Origin: Yuukianura sp. NJ FZ-2021
Taxonomy: Eukaryota
Reading direction: 5' to 3'
DNA length: 64,000 nt
Assembly (NCBI GenBank): GCA_046563655.1
Contig: CM102283.1
Coordinates: forward strand, 5,022,001 to 5,086,000
In this document: piece by piece, positions 20,855 through 33,545 of the stretch
How the letters are laid out: each line of letters begins with the position of its first letter
Position numbering within the stretch: position 1 is the first letter of the stretch
The notes under the pieces: generated by a model
What the model was told of the DNA's origin: nothing
Databases searched by the model: none
What the model saw: only the letters and a program-made list of their open reading frames with translations
Program-made: the position numbers and the translations under genes

Positions 20855-23800
20855 ATGTCCCGGAATGCATCGAATTGGTTTCGAGGAGAAAAGCCGTAAG
20901 TAGCTTTACAATCTAGTTGCAATGAATTTAAGCAAGCTAAGAATGTGAACTTGAAATTGAAGGCGCATAAACTGGGTTTCATGTTCCGACAACAAACCCA
21001 AGAACCAGTTATTCGACGGTACGCTTAAGTAGGTTAGGTTAGTGACGTTACAATAGCAAAGGACTGCGAATTGTTAACCATAAAATACTCTGTAGCAAAC
21101 GGTAAAAAGAAAAAACTTGAGCTTTGTCTCGAAAACAGCCCGTTGAGTTCCAAACGATGGATATGTGCTCAAGTTTTTTTTGTTACTAGAGATACATATT
21201 GTCGTTTCTTGATCTTTTAACCCACCCATTTGACCCTTAATAGTAAACCCTCGAGCAACATAATATTTATTAGTAAAAATGGCTAAGAGAGGTTGAGCGA
21301 TTTCCGTCATACTAATTCCCGCCATTACCCGGACAGACAGACAATTTGAAACCATGAAGTTGATATCGTTATTACTAAACATGACCATCAATTAAGTATT
21401 TCGAGAACGCTGATGCTACTTTTTCTTGCAGAGACGAGAGGAAACAATCGTTCCAATTTGAACCAACTTTACCCAAGGATGCTACGTCAACCAACATTGA
21501 AAATATTTTTCCAAATATTTTGGATTTGGCATACCTTGCCCAACTGGCGTACGAAAGCTTCGATGCCTCTTCGACAACTCCAGAATTTTCCACCGAATGG
21601 AAGAGAATCGCCACTGCAATTTGCGACGATGGATTTCGTGCAGCCGCATTTTATTGTCCACTAACTACGCACCTTGTCATTGCCGTTTCAGGAACGAAAA
21701 AAAATCATGGATTCAAAACTTTGGGAAAAGATCTTATGGCTGACATTCGTGGCGTCGTTTTTTCCAAGGAAGTCTCTCAAGTATTTTCAGCCATTTTATT
21801 TACTCAAGAAGTACTTCATCGTTTCGGGAGAAGTTGCGTCTCCACATCCATCACTGGACATTCTCTCGGAGGATACTTGGTTCAAATTTGTACATTGTAC
21901 GCAGATTACCCCGGTTTACTCTTGAGGAAAGCTATCCAGGACAAACTTCAAAAGCGCATATCCTCATTAATGCCATTATCAATTCGCAATGTCAATGACA
22001 TTACTCCGTTTCACCTTCACTGCATTGCATTTGACAGTCCAGGATGTGAGGAAATCTTTAAAGAAATTCTGGACTACAAGCGCGTTAAGCGATATAATGA
22101 AGATGAGCATGAAAGATGGAGAAGGACTTTAGATTCTTTGGATATATGTGTGATGCTGGCTGATTCAAATATCGTCAACACATCTAAGTATCACCTTCAA
22201 CGTATCCAATTGCTAAGTATTATCAGTAATCCAAGTTCACAATTTATATCTTCACACGCTTTACAAGGAATTATTGAAAGCTTGAATGAGGAAAGCCTCA
22301 AGATAGAAGAATTGTACGAAACACGTCTTTTCGGTGAACACATGCGCGGTGAGAAGGAGATTTTTCTAAAGAACTGGTACGTTGGGCGTATGGATTCATG
22401 CAGAATCAATTTTTTAACAAAACAAGAGATTAATTTCTTAGAAAAGTTCTTAGAAATTAATCGTTGTGTTCATCCAGAAGGTATACAACACAATAGCAAA
22501 TTTTTAGCAAAAGATGGTGACAAAATACTCCAATTTTGTACTAAATTGGAAAAGCGTAAAATAACTTGTGACATCCTCAACGGAATTTGGATTGAAGGAA
22601 AAATATTGTCATTTAGAAATCCAACGGAAACAATTTCTTTGTTTGAAGTAATTTCTGGCTTAAAAATTGTTTTGGCTGAGCAACCAAGTATTTTAGATGG
22701 AAAACTGCTACAAGGGATATTTACGAACTTTGGAATTCAAGTCTTGGTCAAGTCAATTTCTCGGGAATATTTGCAAAAAATTCCAAAAATTAGAAAAGAT
22801 GTAGCTAGCCGTTTGTACATATCGAAACAAGTGCATTGTTTGCATATTGTGGCTGGAAGTATTCCTATTTCTTTGTGCATGGGTTATATTGCTCATGATT
22901 TACAAAAAGTTAGAAAAACCAAAGTTATGTTTTGCGATACGGCTTCAATAATTCGTTGGCAGGAGGCACTTAAACCAGAAAAAATATTTTCAGAGTTGGA
23001 CACCGAAGTTGTTGTGGTTGAAGTAGAGTCCAACTCAGACACGGTTCTTGATTTATTTTTAAAAATGCAAGAAAGTGCGCAGAATTCCATGAAGTTGTTG
23101 ATACTTGTATCGGAGACTTGGTGTCAATGTTCATTCGTTGCGTCAAATAATTGTTACGAGTATGGGAACTTCCTGTTAAAATCTTTAGGTCAAAAATGGA
23201 CTTGGAGTGAGCTAGATGAAAAATCCAAAGACGTATTGTGGAATTACAGGCTAAATATATATGGCACCAATGTCGGGGTCAAGGACATTTTTGGTGGTGA
23301 GAAGAAACATTTTGAAAGGTTTCAGCAAGACGAAAGAGTTTGGTTAGAATTAATCGCTTATGCTTACACTGGAAATACGCTTGAAGTTGTGGAAAACCAA
23401 AAGCCGCTGCCATGCTATATTTCGAGACAATTTTACAATTTGTATTTGGATCTAGATCGTTTGCAAAAGTCACCGACAGGAGTCTTAAAGGGATTACATT
23501 TGTTTGTCAGTTGCTCCAAAGACGAAGTTCCTTATGTTATATCTATCATTTCTTCGTCTAATAAATTCCGTTTAACACTCTTACATAATGATGCCACAAA
23601 AAATGAATTTTTGAATACATTGGGTGCTGCTGATCCGTCCGTTTCTTCATCTCAGTGGTTTCGTTTCATTGACAGCAAATTTGTTTGGCAGGCTTCGGCA
23701 TTTACCTCTTGTCCAAGGTTGTTAAAATGTGGTGGAGAAATGGCTGAAGCTAAAGTTTTTGATTTGGAAAGTGATTGCCTTATTTTTGCAGATGAACCAG

Positions 23801-26424
23801 GCATGGGAAAATCTGCATTTCTGGAACAACTGTATTATAAATACAAGGAAAATTGGCGTTTAATTTCCGAAGTATCATACTACTGGCCAGTACTTGTAAA
23901 TTTAAATCATTATGAAAAGGACCTTACACGGAAGGGTGAAAATTGGGACTCTCTTGATTCGATTTGTGATTTCTTCCTTCGACATGTAATAAAATTCGAA
24001 TCCGACCTGTTACGTCAATTATTCGAATACAATTTCAGAACGGGTAAAAATATTGCATTTTTCATTGATAGTTTTGATGAGTTGTCAAACAAAGGGCAAA
24101 GTAATGTATTAGAAATGTTGAAGACATTGAGGCAATGTCCATCCTTCAAGTTCCTAGTAGCCACTCGAATTCATGCAAAAGATTCCTTGGAAGAAACATT
24201 ATGTACAACTGCATACAAGTTTATTCCATTGGATAGATTCAAACAAGTCGAGTTTCTTCTTAAACGTTGGAATTTGCATTTTCAAAATGAGCGTCGTTTT
24301 TCTATTTTTTGTCAACAGTGGAAGGATCATAAGACAACATTGGAAACATTTGCAAATCAAGTTTTAGACAACATTGAAGGAGTTATAGGAACGGAAGATT
24401 CGTTTATCGGGATTCCACTACAGCTTGTTTTGTTAGAGGAAGTGCAGCGTAGTGGGTTTGAAAAGTTTTGTGAAGATGTATCCAAAGGTGAACTAAAGGA
24501 CAGTGAAACTTATTTGTACAAGTTTCAGAGTAAATTGGCACTGTATGATGCATTTGTGAAGAAAAAAATTGACATTTACATTTCAGACAAAAATGTACAA
24601 AGCCCTACAGAATATTATGGTGCAGAAGATAGTGCTCGTGGCCCGTATCAACTCCATTCCGCGACTGCTATGTTGTATCTGAAAGAATCGATGTTTAAAG
24701 ATAATTGTGAAATTATTGTTAAAGATGTCGATGCTTCTGAAATAGAAAAAATTAACAGAACGGGTATATGTGAGATTTGTTCCACGATCGATGGTTCGCG
24801 CAGTTACAGGTTTGTTCACGAAACCCTAGCTGAATACTTTGCTGCAAAATATTTAGTATCCGACTTGAAAGTCAATAGGGATGTAGTTATTAATTTCTTA
24901 AAAGGGCACTACTGTGAACCCTATTTTAGAAAAGTTCGATTCTTTTTCGACAGTATGTTGTTCGAGGCTTGCAAAGTTTCCTCCATTTCCTGTCTCGATG
25001 TGTTGCAGAGAAGTATCGACGAAAGGGAGTACTTGAAGGGCGAAGAAATACGCGATGACAACGACACGCCGGCACCACGTGACCCCTTAGGTAGAACACT
25101 GTTGCATTACGCAGCGGCCTATGGTTGCCTTGAGGACGAAACGTTATGGAGGGTAGTACTGAATAAGAAAAACTTATCCATTCAACTAGAAGATGCGTTA
25201 GGTGCAACCGGTTTCTCTTACACAATATTGTCATCGTCTTTTCAAAATGCAGAATATCTGCGGAACTTCGACGATGGAGGTTTTTTCTCTCTTATTGTGT
25301 CTATTGCAAGCCATCACACAAAACCAAGCAATAGGTATTTCAGCTATCATTCCAAACTAAGCTATCATATCATACCAAACACGCCAAAATTTGTTTGGAG
25401 TGCGAGTCAGTACATTGAATGCCAATTAGATGAACAATTTCACTCAATCCTTCCCAGGAGATGGCCTGAAGAATGGGTATGGTTGGCATTCGCCAACGTA
25501 TTTGTTGCGCCCTTGAAATGCAACATGCAATGGCTAATTTCAAACGCTTCTCACTTTCTGGAGAGCAGTAAGTTGTGGGATTATTTGTTACCGAGCTCGG
25601 AAGTAAAAAGGATGAACCACTTTTTCGGCTTGTTTAAGAACTGTAAATTCAACGTGCTTAACGCTACCACAAAACTCGTGGATAGCCTATTTGAAATATC
25701 TTTACTTGCTCAAGTACACATGACAATGGAACAAATTTTTGAGTTGTGGGGTGAATTCACCGATTTTCAACGTCTACTCGTGATCGGACCGCTGCAACGT
25801 ACAAACTACTTTCAATTTGTGGAAGGCGAACGCCTTTGCCACCTCCAACTAATGAAAATGATACTTCAATTTTTGCAACCTCTGTACAACACGCCTTGCC
25901 CGTTAACAGTTTTTCTTTGCTGTATGTTTCACGTTGGCGTGAAATATTGCAATGCAACATTGTGCAACGATGTTAGGGAGTTATTGAAAGAAACGGACAA
26001 AGACGTCCTTCTAAATGAAGTTTGGAAGTGGAACTTTCTTACTAAAATTGGAAATGAAGCTGCAGCAGGACTCAAAGACTATCGACACGCATGCGTGCAG
26101 ACAATTTTTAATGGTGATCATGAAACATACATATTGAAAAAAGAAAGAAATATTCCCCAATTGCATATCAGTTACATGCGCAGGATTATTCTAGGATTAG
26201 AGTTCACGAGAGATTATGAAACTTTTAATACAGGGTTACTCAAAGAGATCGATTATGTTATGAGATCTTATACTTGTAACTTTGACGAACACGACTCTCG
26301 GTTTCGCCGCGAGGAGGAGCCAGAGCCTAGGTTCGTAGGGAGGAGTCGGAGCAAGAGCTGGAGCGGAGTCAAAGTAGGCTCCAAATCAGTGAGGAGCAGG
26401 AGTTGGAGCCGGAATGAATCCTGA
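20855..26424 (+). CDS. Class-3 lipase / NACHT (STAND NTPase) / ankyrin-repeat protein, ~1677 aa, NLR-like; predicted exons 20855-20895 and 21432-26424
   Basis: Lipase: LVIAVSGT, GHSLGG nucleophile elbow (21856-21873), FDSPG, SSH. NACHT: Walker A ADEPGMGKS (23788-23814), Walker B FFIDSFDEL, VATR, IPLQL, FVHETLAEYFAA. Ankyrin: DPLGRTLLHYAAAYG. A phase-compatible GTAAGT...TTTCTTGCAG intron supplies an ATG. Confidence 0.85.
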
Positions 26425-27872
26425 GCTCAGCTCTGGTACGGCTCTTCTAGCTTTGCTACGTTGCGTTCAGATAAGGTTTGACAAGCTCTTATGAATTGTA
26501 GGGTTAGTTGTAATCTGAATGTATAAACCAAATAACAATACTTATTTTACTAACTTGCATAGTCCATCGGTTAAAACCGATTTCTGAAATAATTTTTAAT
26601 CATTCTTTTGTGCTTCACTGATTTTCCGCGCTATTACTGTCTTGCTTTACTGCACTGATTATTTTGAGAATTAATGTGACCCAAACTTTTGGGTTTTAGT
26701 TTGCGTTTTTCTGTGTTTCTACAATTTATTAGCTAAATTTCTAACTTTATTATTCTTATTATATACAAATATATTCTTATTATATTCTTTATTATAAACA
26801 GACTTGGCGAATTAAGGGCAACTCCTACCATTGTTGAAATTATAGTATTCTAGCTTTGTACAAGCATTTTGCGAGAGAGAATCAAAGAAATAAACATCGA
26901 AAAGTCTTAGAAATGACCCAAAATAAACGTTTTACGTGAGAAACTATGAGTAAAAAGGCGCAGCTCCGGCAACTGCATTAGCCGGAGTTGAGCTAAGTTT
27001 ATGGCACCTTGCTTTGCCAGGAGTAGGAGGCAATAAAATAAGAACTGCTACTTAGAGGCCCGAGCAGGTGTCAGGAGCGTGTAACAGGAGCCGTTCATTA
27101 GTTTAGTTAGTTTTGTAGCGGGACGGTACACCACCCACACCCACCCCCACTGGACAACAGGTGTATTACATAATCTAACGTAAGGTAGATTAGGGAGATG
27201 TGTGTCAGTCCTTATCTGGAAGTGAAATAAAGAACTTCTCAAAGCAGATCTCTCTGGACGCAAGGTCCACAAAGCAGTTTAGATCGCATTTATTGAGTAG
27301 TTCAGCTTCCGGTCACGGGTCACAGGTCATCTTATCACTCAGCAAACCCCAGTCCGCCGCAGTTTTAACTCGTTATATAACACTTTATTTTCTGCCTCAC
27401 TGTGAGACGGAAACGGATGCGGAATCTCCCTGGTGGCTGCTCGGTGGAGCCGAGGTCAGCCAGAGATGAGGTCAAATGAACAGACAAGAGACACGGAAGA
27501 GCTTGTTGCTCTGCAAAATGCTATATTGAGACTGAATCCCTCACTCATACATAGCTATGTAATCTGTGTATACCTATCATAACCTATGGGGTAGTTGGGG
27601 GTGCGGTCATCCACCGCCACACATTCTGCCGCGAAGAAAGTGGGCCTCCTTCTGGGGGTATCCTGGGGGTCTCCTGGGGGTCCTTACCGGCCTCAGTGGG
27701 GTCCTCAATGGCTCGAATTCGTATTCGAGAGAATACCAATTAGCGTAGAGTGGGGAAATTAAATTTTTTATTTTGATAATTTTATTTTGATTATGTATTT
27801 TTTTTTTGAGATTTTATTTCTTTTGATACATTTTTTTTGATAATTTTTTTTGATAACTTTATTTTGATAATT

Positions 27873-28160
27873 TCATTTTCTTGCAAAATTGGAAGGTTTT
27901 GAAGAATGTTTTTCATACTTATCCCGACATTTTTTGAAGTAATGGGGATATTGTTTTTCAAGAATTTGTCTTCTGTTTTTCCTTTCTTTTTGGAAGGAAA
28001 GAGACATGCGAATTTCTGGAGTGTTGTTCGGACACTGTCGGCGAACATGATCAGATTTGAAGCAAATGAAGCAGCATGGGGGAATAAATTGATGCTGAGT
28101 TGGAAGTTGATTTTGAGGTGGTTCAATGATTTGAATTTCAGGGGAACTTGGATCAGGCAT
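27873..28160 (-). other. Short ORF with a CCHC zinc knuckle, probable retroelement gag/ORF1 remnant
   Basis: CFICFKSDHVRRQC fits CX2CX4HX4C; the downstream Lys-rich segment is in another frame. Confidence 0.4.
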
Positions 28161-29589
28161 TACAGTTACTGTGTGGGTAGAGGTGCAACTTCCAACCCAA
28201 CACACAAATCAAATAGGTAACGGTAAACGCTAATTCAATTACCCTAAATTCCTAACTGTAGGGGGGAAGAAACACACAAACAAGTTGTCCTTGAGGACAA
28301 CGAGAAGTTGGCTCCAAACGTAACTAAAATTTTTTTCAATGCAATTTGAAAACTCCTATGGATATTTAATTTATTCCTCTAGTTTGGGTCGGAGTTAGCG
28401 GTAAAATTATCACTTACTCAGCGGAACGAGAACGGGCAGGGGAGTCACTCAAAAAGCACTGCAAAGACCTGACATTCGCCATAAATTATATACCTATTAC
28501 CCGCATTTCAATTATCTGTTATTTCAAACGTTAGTGTAACTTCACGGCACTAGCCGACACAACTTAAGGTCTATCGCTGAGGATGGGTTTCATTTTGCAA
28601 GACAAGCGATTTGTCTTTGGTCATTGAGTACACTGATGTTGCTGAACTCATTGCCACGCCATTCAGTTTTGCGGCAAAAACTAAGTTGCTGCGTTTCAAA
28701 ATCGGGTGAACACTAATGAATGACACTTGGGTTACACCTTCAGTAGTTGGAGGTAGTGGAGCTTATTGGATAACGCGCAACAAAAATAGCATTCGTCCAT
28801 GTGGAGTTTGCATCAAACCACACTAACTAATGTACTGTTCCGATCATTTAACAAATGTAAAAAAAAACAAATTGCGACAAAGGCTTTCCTCCCATAAGAA
28901 GAGGAGTCTCACAAGAAGATCCTCGCTCCCTCCTTCATTCATTAAGAAAAGAGTGAATTTCTTTCCTGACACCTGGCCTTTCCAAAAACTTCCGAAATTA
29001 GAGTTTGCGCGGCAGGCACATTTTAACGTCCTTAAATAATTGAACAAATTATTCCAACAATAATTAAATACTACAATAAATCTGTATATATTACTATATA
29101 TATTATACTGTATATATTATATAAACAACAAAGTTATTGCGACTTTAATTATGAACCCCATGTCGCAATCGACATCGAATTTCCAACTGCCGCATGTGCT
29201 ATGCAATAACTTTGTCTTACGTCGTAGATAGCAACATATATACATTTTCGGAATCAGGAGCTCAAGCCCGTTCCAACGACATGCTGCTTGTATGGGGTCG
29301 TCATTGGATGACATGGTGACCTTTGACCCCTGTGACCCGTGACCTATCGTTTCTAGGAGTTTGAAAATTTGCAAATATAATCCCAGTATTGACCTCAACA
29401 ACTGGTAAAAATTTCATTCGAATACCACGGTGCCAACTTTCTTATGGACTTTGTGTCACGCCCTTCGATTGTTATTAACAACGCGATAATTGGAACGGGA
29501 TTCACGTTGCAAATTTTAGTTTGTTATGTACGCCGAAAAACTGGGTATGAAATTCATGCCGCGGAATTTCACGGCGTGAATTTCTGAAT

Positions 29590-29990
29590 AACGAGGTAGT
29601 GACTTCCCACCATTTCCCAGTGATGGGAAGTAATGAACTAGATTCTGGGAAGTCACTTGCCACTTGCTTGGCCAAAGTTATTCTAACTTCAGACATTAAA
29701 AGTTATACCCCCACCCCTCACAACAAAGAGGTAGTTTCTCGCCTAGTCACTTCCCACCATTTCCCAGTGGTGGGAACCAATGAACTGGATGCTGGGAAGT
29801 CAGTTTTGTGATCTTCCAGCATTTCCCACCTTCCTAGCCGAAGTTATCACAACTCCAGACAGCAGAGTCCCCCCGCCCCCCTAATAAAGAGGTAGTTTCT
29901 CTCCCTATGACTTCCCATCATTTCCCAGTGGTGGAAAGTGAAGTAACAGATGCTGAGAACTCAGTTTTGTAACTTTCTAGCATTTCGCAG
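29590..29990 (+). repeat. ~150-160-bp tandem repeat, ~3 copies, each with a palindromic core
   Basis: ACTTCCCACCATTTCCCAGTG(A/G)TGGGAA recurs near 29602, 29749 and 29910. Confidence 0.75.
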
Positions 29991-30075
29991 CTTGCTACTA
30001 GCCAAAATTTCACGAATACAAATGCGATTTCTGTGGAATCCGCGGAATAGTGGGTCCACTTCAGACAGTAACTTC

Positions 30076-30778
30076 GGTTGAAGTAAACTTTGAGTCGGAT
30101 CATTGTACCCAACAAATTGCATTGTATTGTACCCCCATGTGTTAATCCATCGCGGGAAATTCAAAAAAACAACAAATCGCACCCTCTAGTGTTTGTTTCT
30201 TTAGTTGCACAGAGATTTTTTCACTGTACCCCCTCACTGTACCCCCCTTTGTATTTAGGAAGTGGCAACGCCGGAGGTTTTGAAAATATTGATTGAATTG
30301 ATTTGTTATGCGAATTATTTCAATTTCAATATTCAATTAAATTAGCCGAGCGAAGCGAGGCTAGGTTAGGTTAGGTCAATTTACGAAATTGCTAACCTAA
30401 TACTGATTTCTTCGTTTTTCTGGTCACAACTGTAATTAATGCAATCACTATTTCGCAAGTTAACCTAACCTAGCCTCGCTTCGCTCGGCTAATTTAATTA
30501 AACATCAGAATTGAAATTATTTACCAGAAACTGATTGTGTGCAGAGGGGTACAATGTGACAAATGATTTAAAAAAATTCCAGCGTTGCCACTTCTTAAAC
30601 TCAATGGAGGGGTACAATGAGGGGGTGCAAAGCAAAAAATTCTTCAAAACGGAAGACAGTTGCACTAGAGGGCGCGATTTGTTGCTTTTTTGAATTTCCC
30701 GCGATGGATTAACACAGGGGGGTACAATACAATGCAATTTGGGGGGTACAATGACCCGACTCAAAGTTTACTTCAACC
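30076..30778. mobile_element. Non-autonomous DNA transposon (MITE/foldback) with GG-terminal long TIRs; Merlin- or Mutator-like
   Basis: TIRs GGTTGAAGTAAACTTTGAGTCGG... extend ~200 bp; 8-bp TSD GTAACTTC at 30068-30075 and 30779-30786. Confidence 0.88.
30335..30499. mobile_element. Small inverted-repeat element nested in the centre of the MITE
   Basis: Near-perfect ~38-bp IR AATTAAATTAGCCGAGCGAAGCGAGGCTAGGTTAGGTT and its reverse complement. Confidence 0.65.
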
Positions 30779-30977
30779 GTAACTTCAGAAAGGGATTTTG
30801 TCTGTCGGTTTTGTTTGTGTCTTGTTCTGCAGGTTAGTTTTTTTCCCCTTCGTTTTCTTGATTGTCTTTTATGTACTGTGACAAACACAAAAATAATTAT
30901 AATTGATCCGTAATTAAACTGTAAAGTAGAATCTGTCATCGTGCTGATCGTGAGTATTCAATCCGGCATCTAGAATC

Positions 30978-32481
30978 ATGGCCAACCGCACGGTGAAGGA
31001 TGCAAAATCGATTAAAGGAACAAATCCGCAATATTTGGTCCGTAATTTCTATTCTCATTTTCAACTAAAGTGCAAATAGGATATAAGCGGAATATTTGTG
31101 TAATTTGTGCAATTGCAGATTGAAAAAATAATTCGGAGTAGGATATACGACTGCAAATACTGGAAGGAAGAATGCTTCGCTCTGACAGGTAAAATAAAGC
31201 TGTTTTGAGCTTCCAAGTTAACACTGCCAAGAAATCAAACTGAACGCTGGCTTTGCCATATTTTTCTTAGCTGAACTTCTGGTGGACAAGGCCATGGAAC
31301 TTCGGTTTGTAGGTGGCGTTTATGGTGGGAATGTCAAACCTAGTCCATTCCTTTGCCTCACTCTGAAGATGCTTCAGATTCAGCCAGAAAAAGATATAAT
31401 TGTAGAATTCATCAAGAACCAAGACTACAAATATGTTCGAGCGCTTGGGGCTTACTACATGCGACTTACGGGTACCTCGCTGGACTGCTATAACTATTTG
31501 GAACCACTGTACAACGACTATCGGAAGCTACGGCGACAGAACAGGGAAGGAGGTATGTGGACCATACTGATGTTTTGTAGGAATTGGTTTTATGGATTTT
31601 AATTAGTTGTGCCGTGTGGACAAATCAGAGCCATGGAATTGTTTCAGAGACGTTTAACCTTTAACGTTAAAAGCAGGCTTCTTTCTAACATTCGAATCGA
31701 GTTTGTCGTCTCTATTTGCGTTTAAATTTAAATTACGTGCTGGAAATGGAAAAATGTGCCTAAAACAGTTTTATATTCTTCCTTTTCCATAGCATATGAA
31801 CTCATTTTCATGGACGAATTCATTGACGAATTGCTTCGGGAGGAGCGCGTATGTGATGTCATACTACCCCGACTTCAGGTAATCAAAACTATCACAGCAA
31901 TAAGTTCCTTACAGGAACAAACGAAAATTATCACGGAAGAAATGTCGTGAAAATACGTAATGTTTATAGAAACGACAAATTCTCGAGGAAAATAATGAGT
32001 TACAACCACGTATTTCGTTGTTGGAAGATTCTGATGACGAGGACTTGGAGCAGGAGGACCTTGGAGATGAGGAACTGGAAGAAAGCCGGGGGTTGAAACC
32101 AGAGCAAAAGAAACGTAGGACGGACACCAGTGATAGAAAATCCTCCAGACATGACCGCGAGCGAAGACATCGCCGCCGATCAACGTCGTCATCCGAGAGT
32201 TCCACTTCTGACTCCAGTAGTGAATTTCATTCTTTTAAACTCATCCGTAGTTTGTAATTTGATTTGTTTCGCCTTCAGGTCCTGAACGACATCGAGAGAG
32301 AAGGAGGGGCCAAGAACGAGATAGACGGAGTAGTAGAGACCGTAAGCAAGATCGAGACCGTCGGCGCGAATCATCAGCGGACCGCGAACGCCGGCGCCAT
32401 CGTGATCGCGAGGATTCACGTCGGGATCGTGAGGAACGAGGTCGTGGAGACCGAGACCGACATCGGTCTAGTCGTCATTAA
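30978..32481 (+). CDS. PRPF38A: Pre-mRNA splicing factor 38A (multi-exon)
   Basis: MANRTVKDAKSIKGTNPQYL, IEKIIRSRIYDCKYWKEECFALT, GGVYGGNVKPSPFLCLTLKMLQIQPEKDI, MDEFIDELL, RS/RD-rich tail; GT-AG introns. Confidence 0.95.
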
Positions 32482-32822
32482 CCTTCTTCAAATTATTGTT
32501 TTGTATAGGTTTTTACTTATTTAGTGTATGCGAGCGTGTTTTATTTGTTTTTGTAGCCAAAAGTAAAGGCTCTCTTTTCTAAATTAAACATAAGCTTTTG
32601 AGTATCCGATTTAGTTTTCACTGCAGGATGTTTTTTTTATAATGTTACTTCCGTTTCCAAACCAAACCAACTTTGAACGTGTGAAATGCTTATTTTGTTA
32701 TCACTCCGCAAGTACCTTACGATGTGAGAGACGTCATGAATGTAAGCCTTCTGTCACGAAAGATCTTCCTGCACGACCTCGTTCTTAACTCGGGACAACG
32801 ACAATGGCTCCTTGGTTAAAGC

Positions 32823-33545
32823 TCAGACGTATGGCATCCAATTACTCCCATCGGCCGGAGTCAAGTAGCCATTAATAAGCAGTACAATGTCTACTAACCA
32901 CCAGACTCCAGCTCCACCCAAAGTCAACAATTTCCCGACACCTAGTAAAAATAAATAAGTTCAATTCGAGTAGCCATTTTCTAACAGGCGATTGATAGAA
33001 AGTAAAGTAACGGTACATACCTGTGCCGGTATGACCCAGGCAGAATCTGTCGATGCCTAGAAATCCCAGAAAGATGGAGAATAGGAGTGTGGACAGGAAG
33101 TAATGACCAGAATATTTGACACAAGGAACGCCGTCCTTCGGAAACGTTTTTAGACCGTAACAATCAATCCCTGGGAGCACCGCGCAGTACACAGATGTAA
33201 GCTCTACGTCCCCTACATTCTCACCTCCAAACTAGCAAACATAAACATCAAAGAAAATTAAAAATTAAATCCCGTGCACATGGATATTTGAAACGTTACC
33301 TTCAGACAACCGTATCCCATGAGCTTTCTGGAAGTAACATTTCCTTTATGGTCAAATGGCTTCTCGCAATCCAGAAAGTCCGAATCCAAATAATCACATC
33401 GGACCAAAGGCCCCAGCGGACGGAACTCCAAACTTTGGTTAATAGTGGTGTTCTGCGATGCAGCAAGGAACAATAATTGCTCATAAACACTAATCAATAC
33501 GAAGAATCCCGTGATGGGAAATGAGTTCAATGCTAACCAGCCCAT
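32823..33545 (-). CDS. TM2D2: TM2 domain-containing protein 2 (3 exons)
   Basis: PLVRCDYL...GYGCLKFGG...[11 protein letters not shown]...[63 protein letters not shown]. Confidence 0.9.

Noticed and set aside
21520-26424. Bacterial contaminant or intronless TTG-start gene
   Set aside because: A phase-compatible upstream ATG exon with a canonical intron exists, and the flanks are eukaryotic
27069-27493. Solo LTR
   Set aside because: TG...CA candidates and an AATAAA are present, but I found no matching TSD, PBS or second copy
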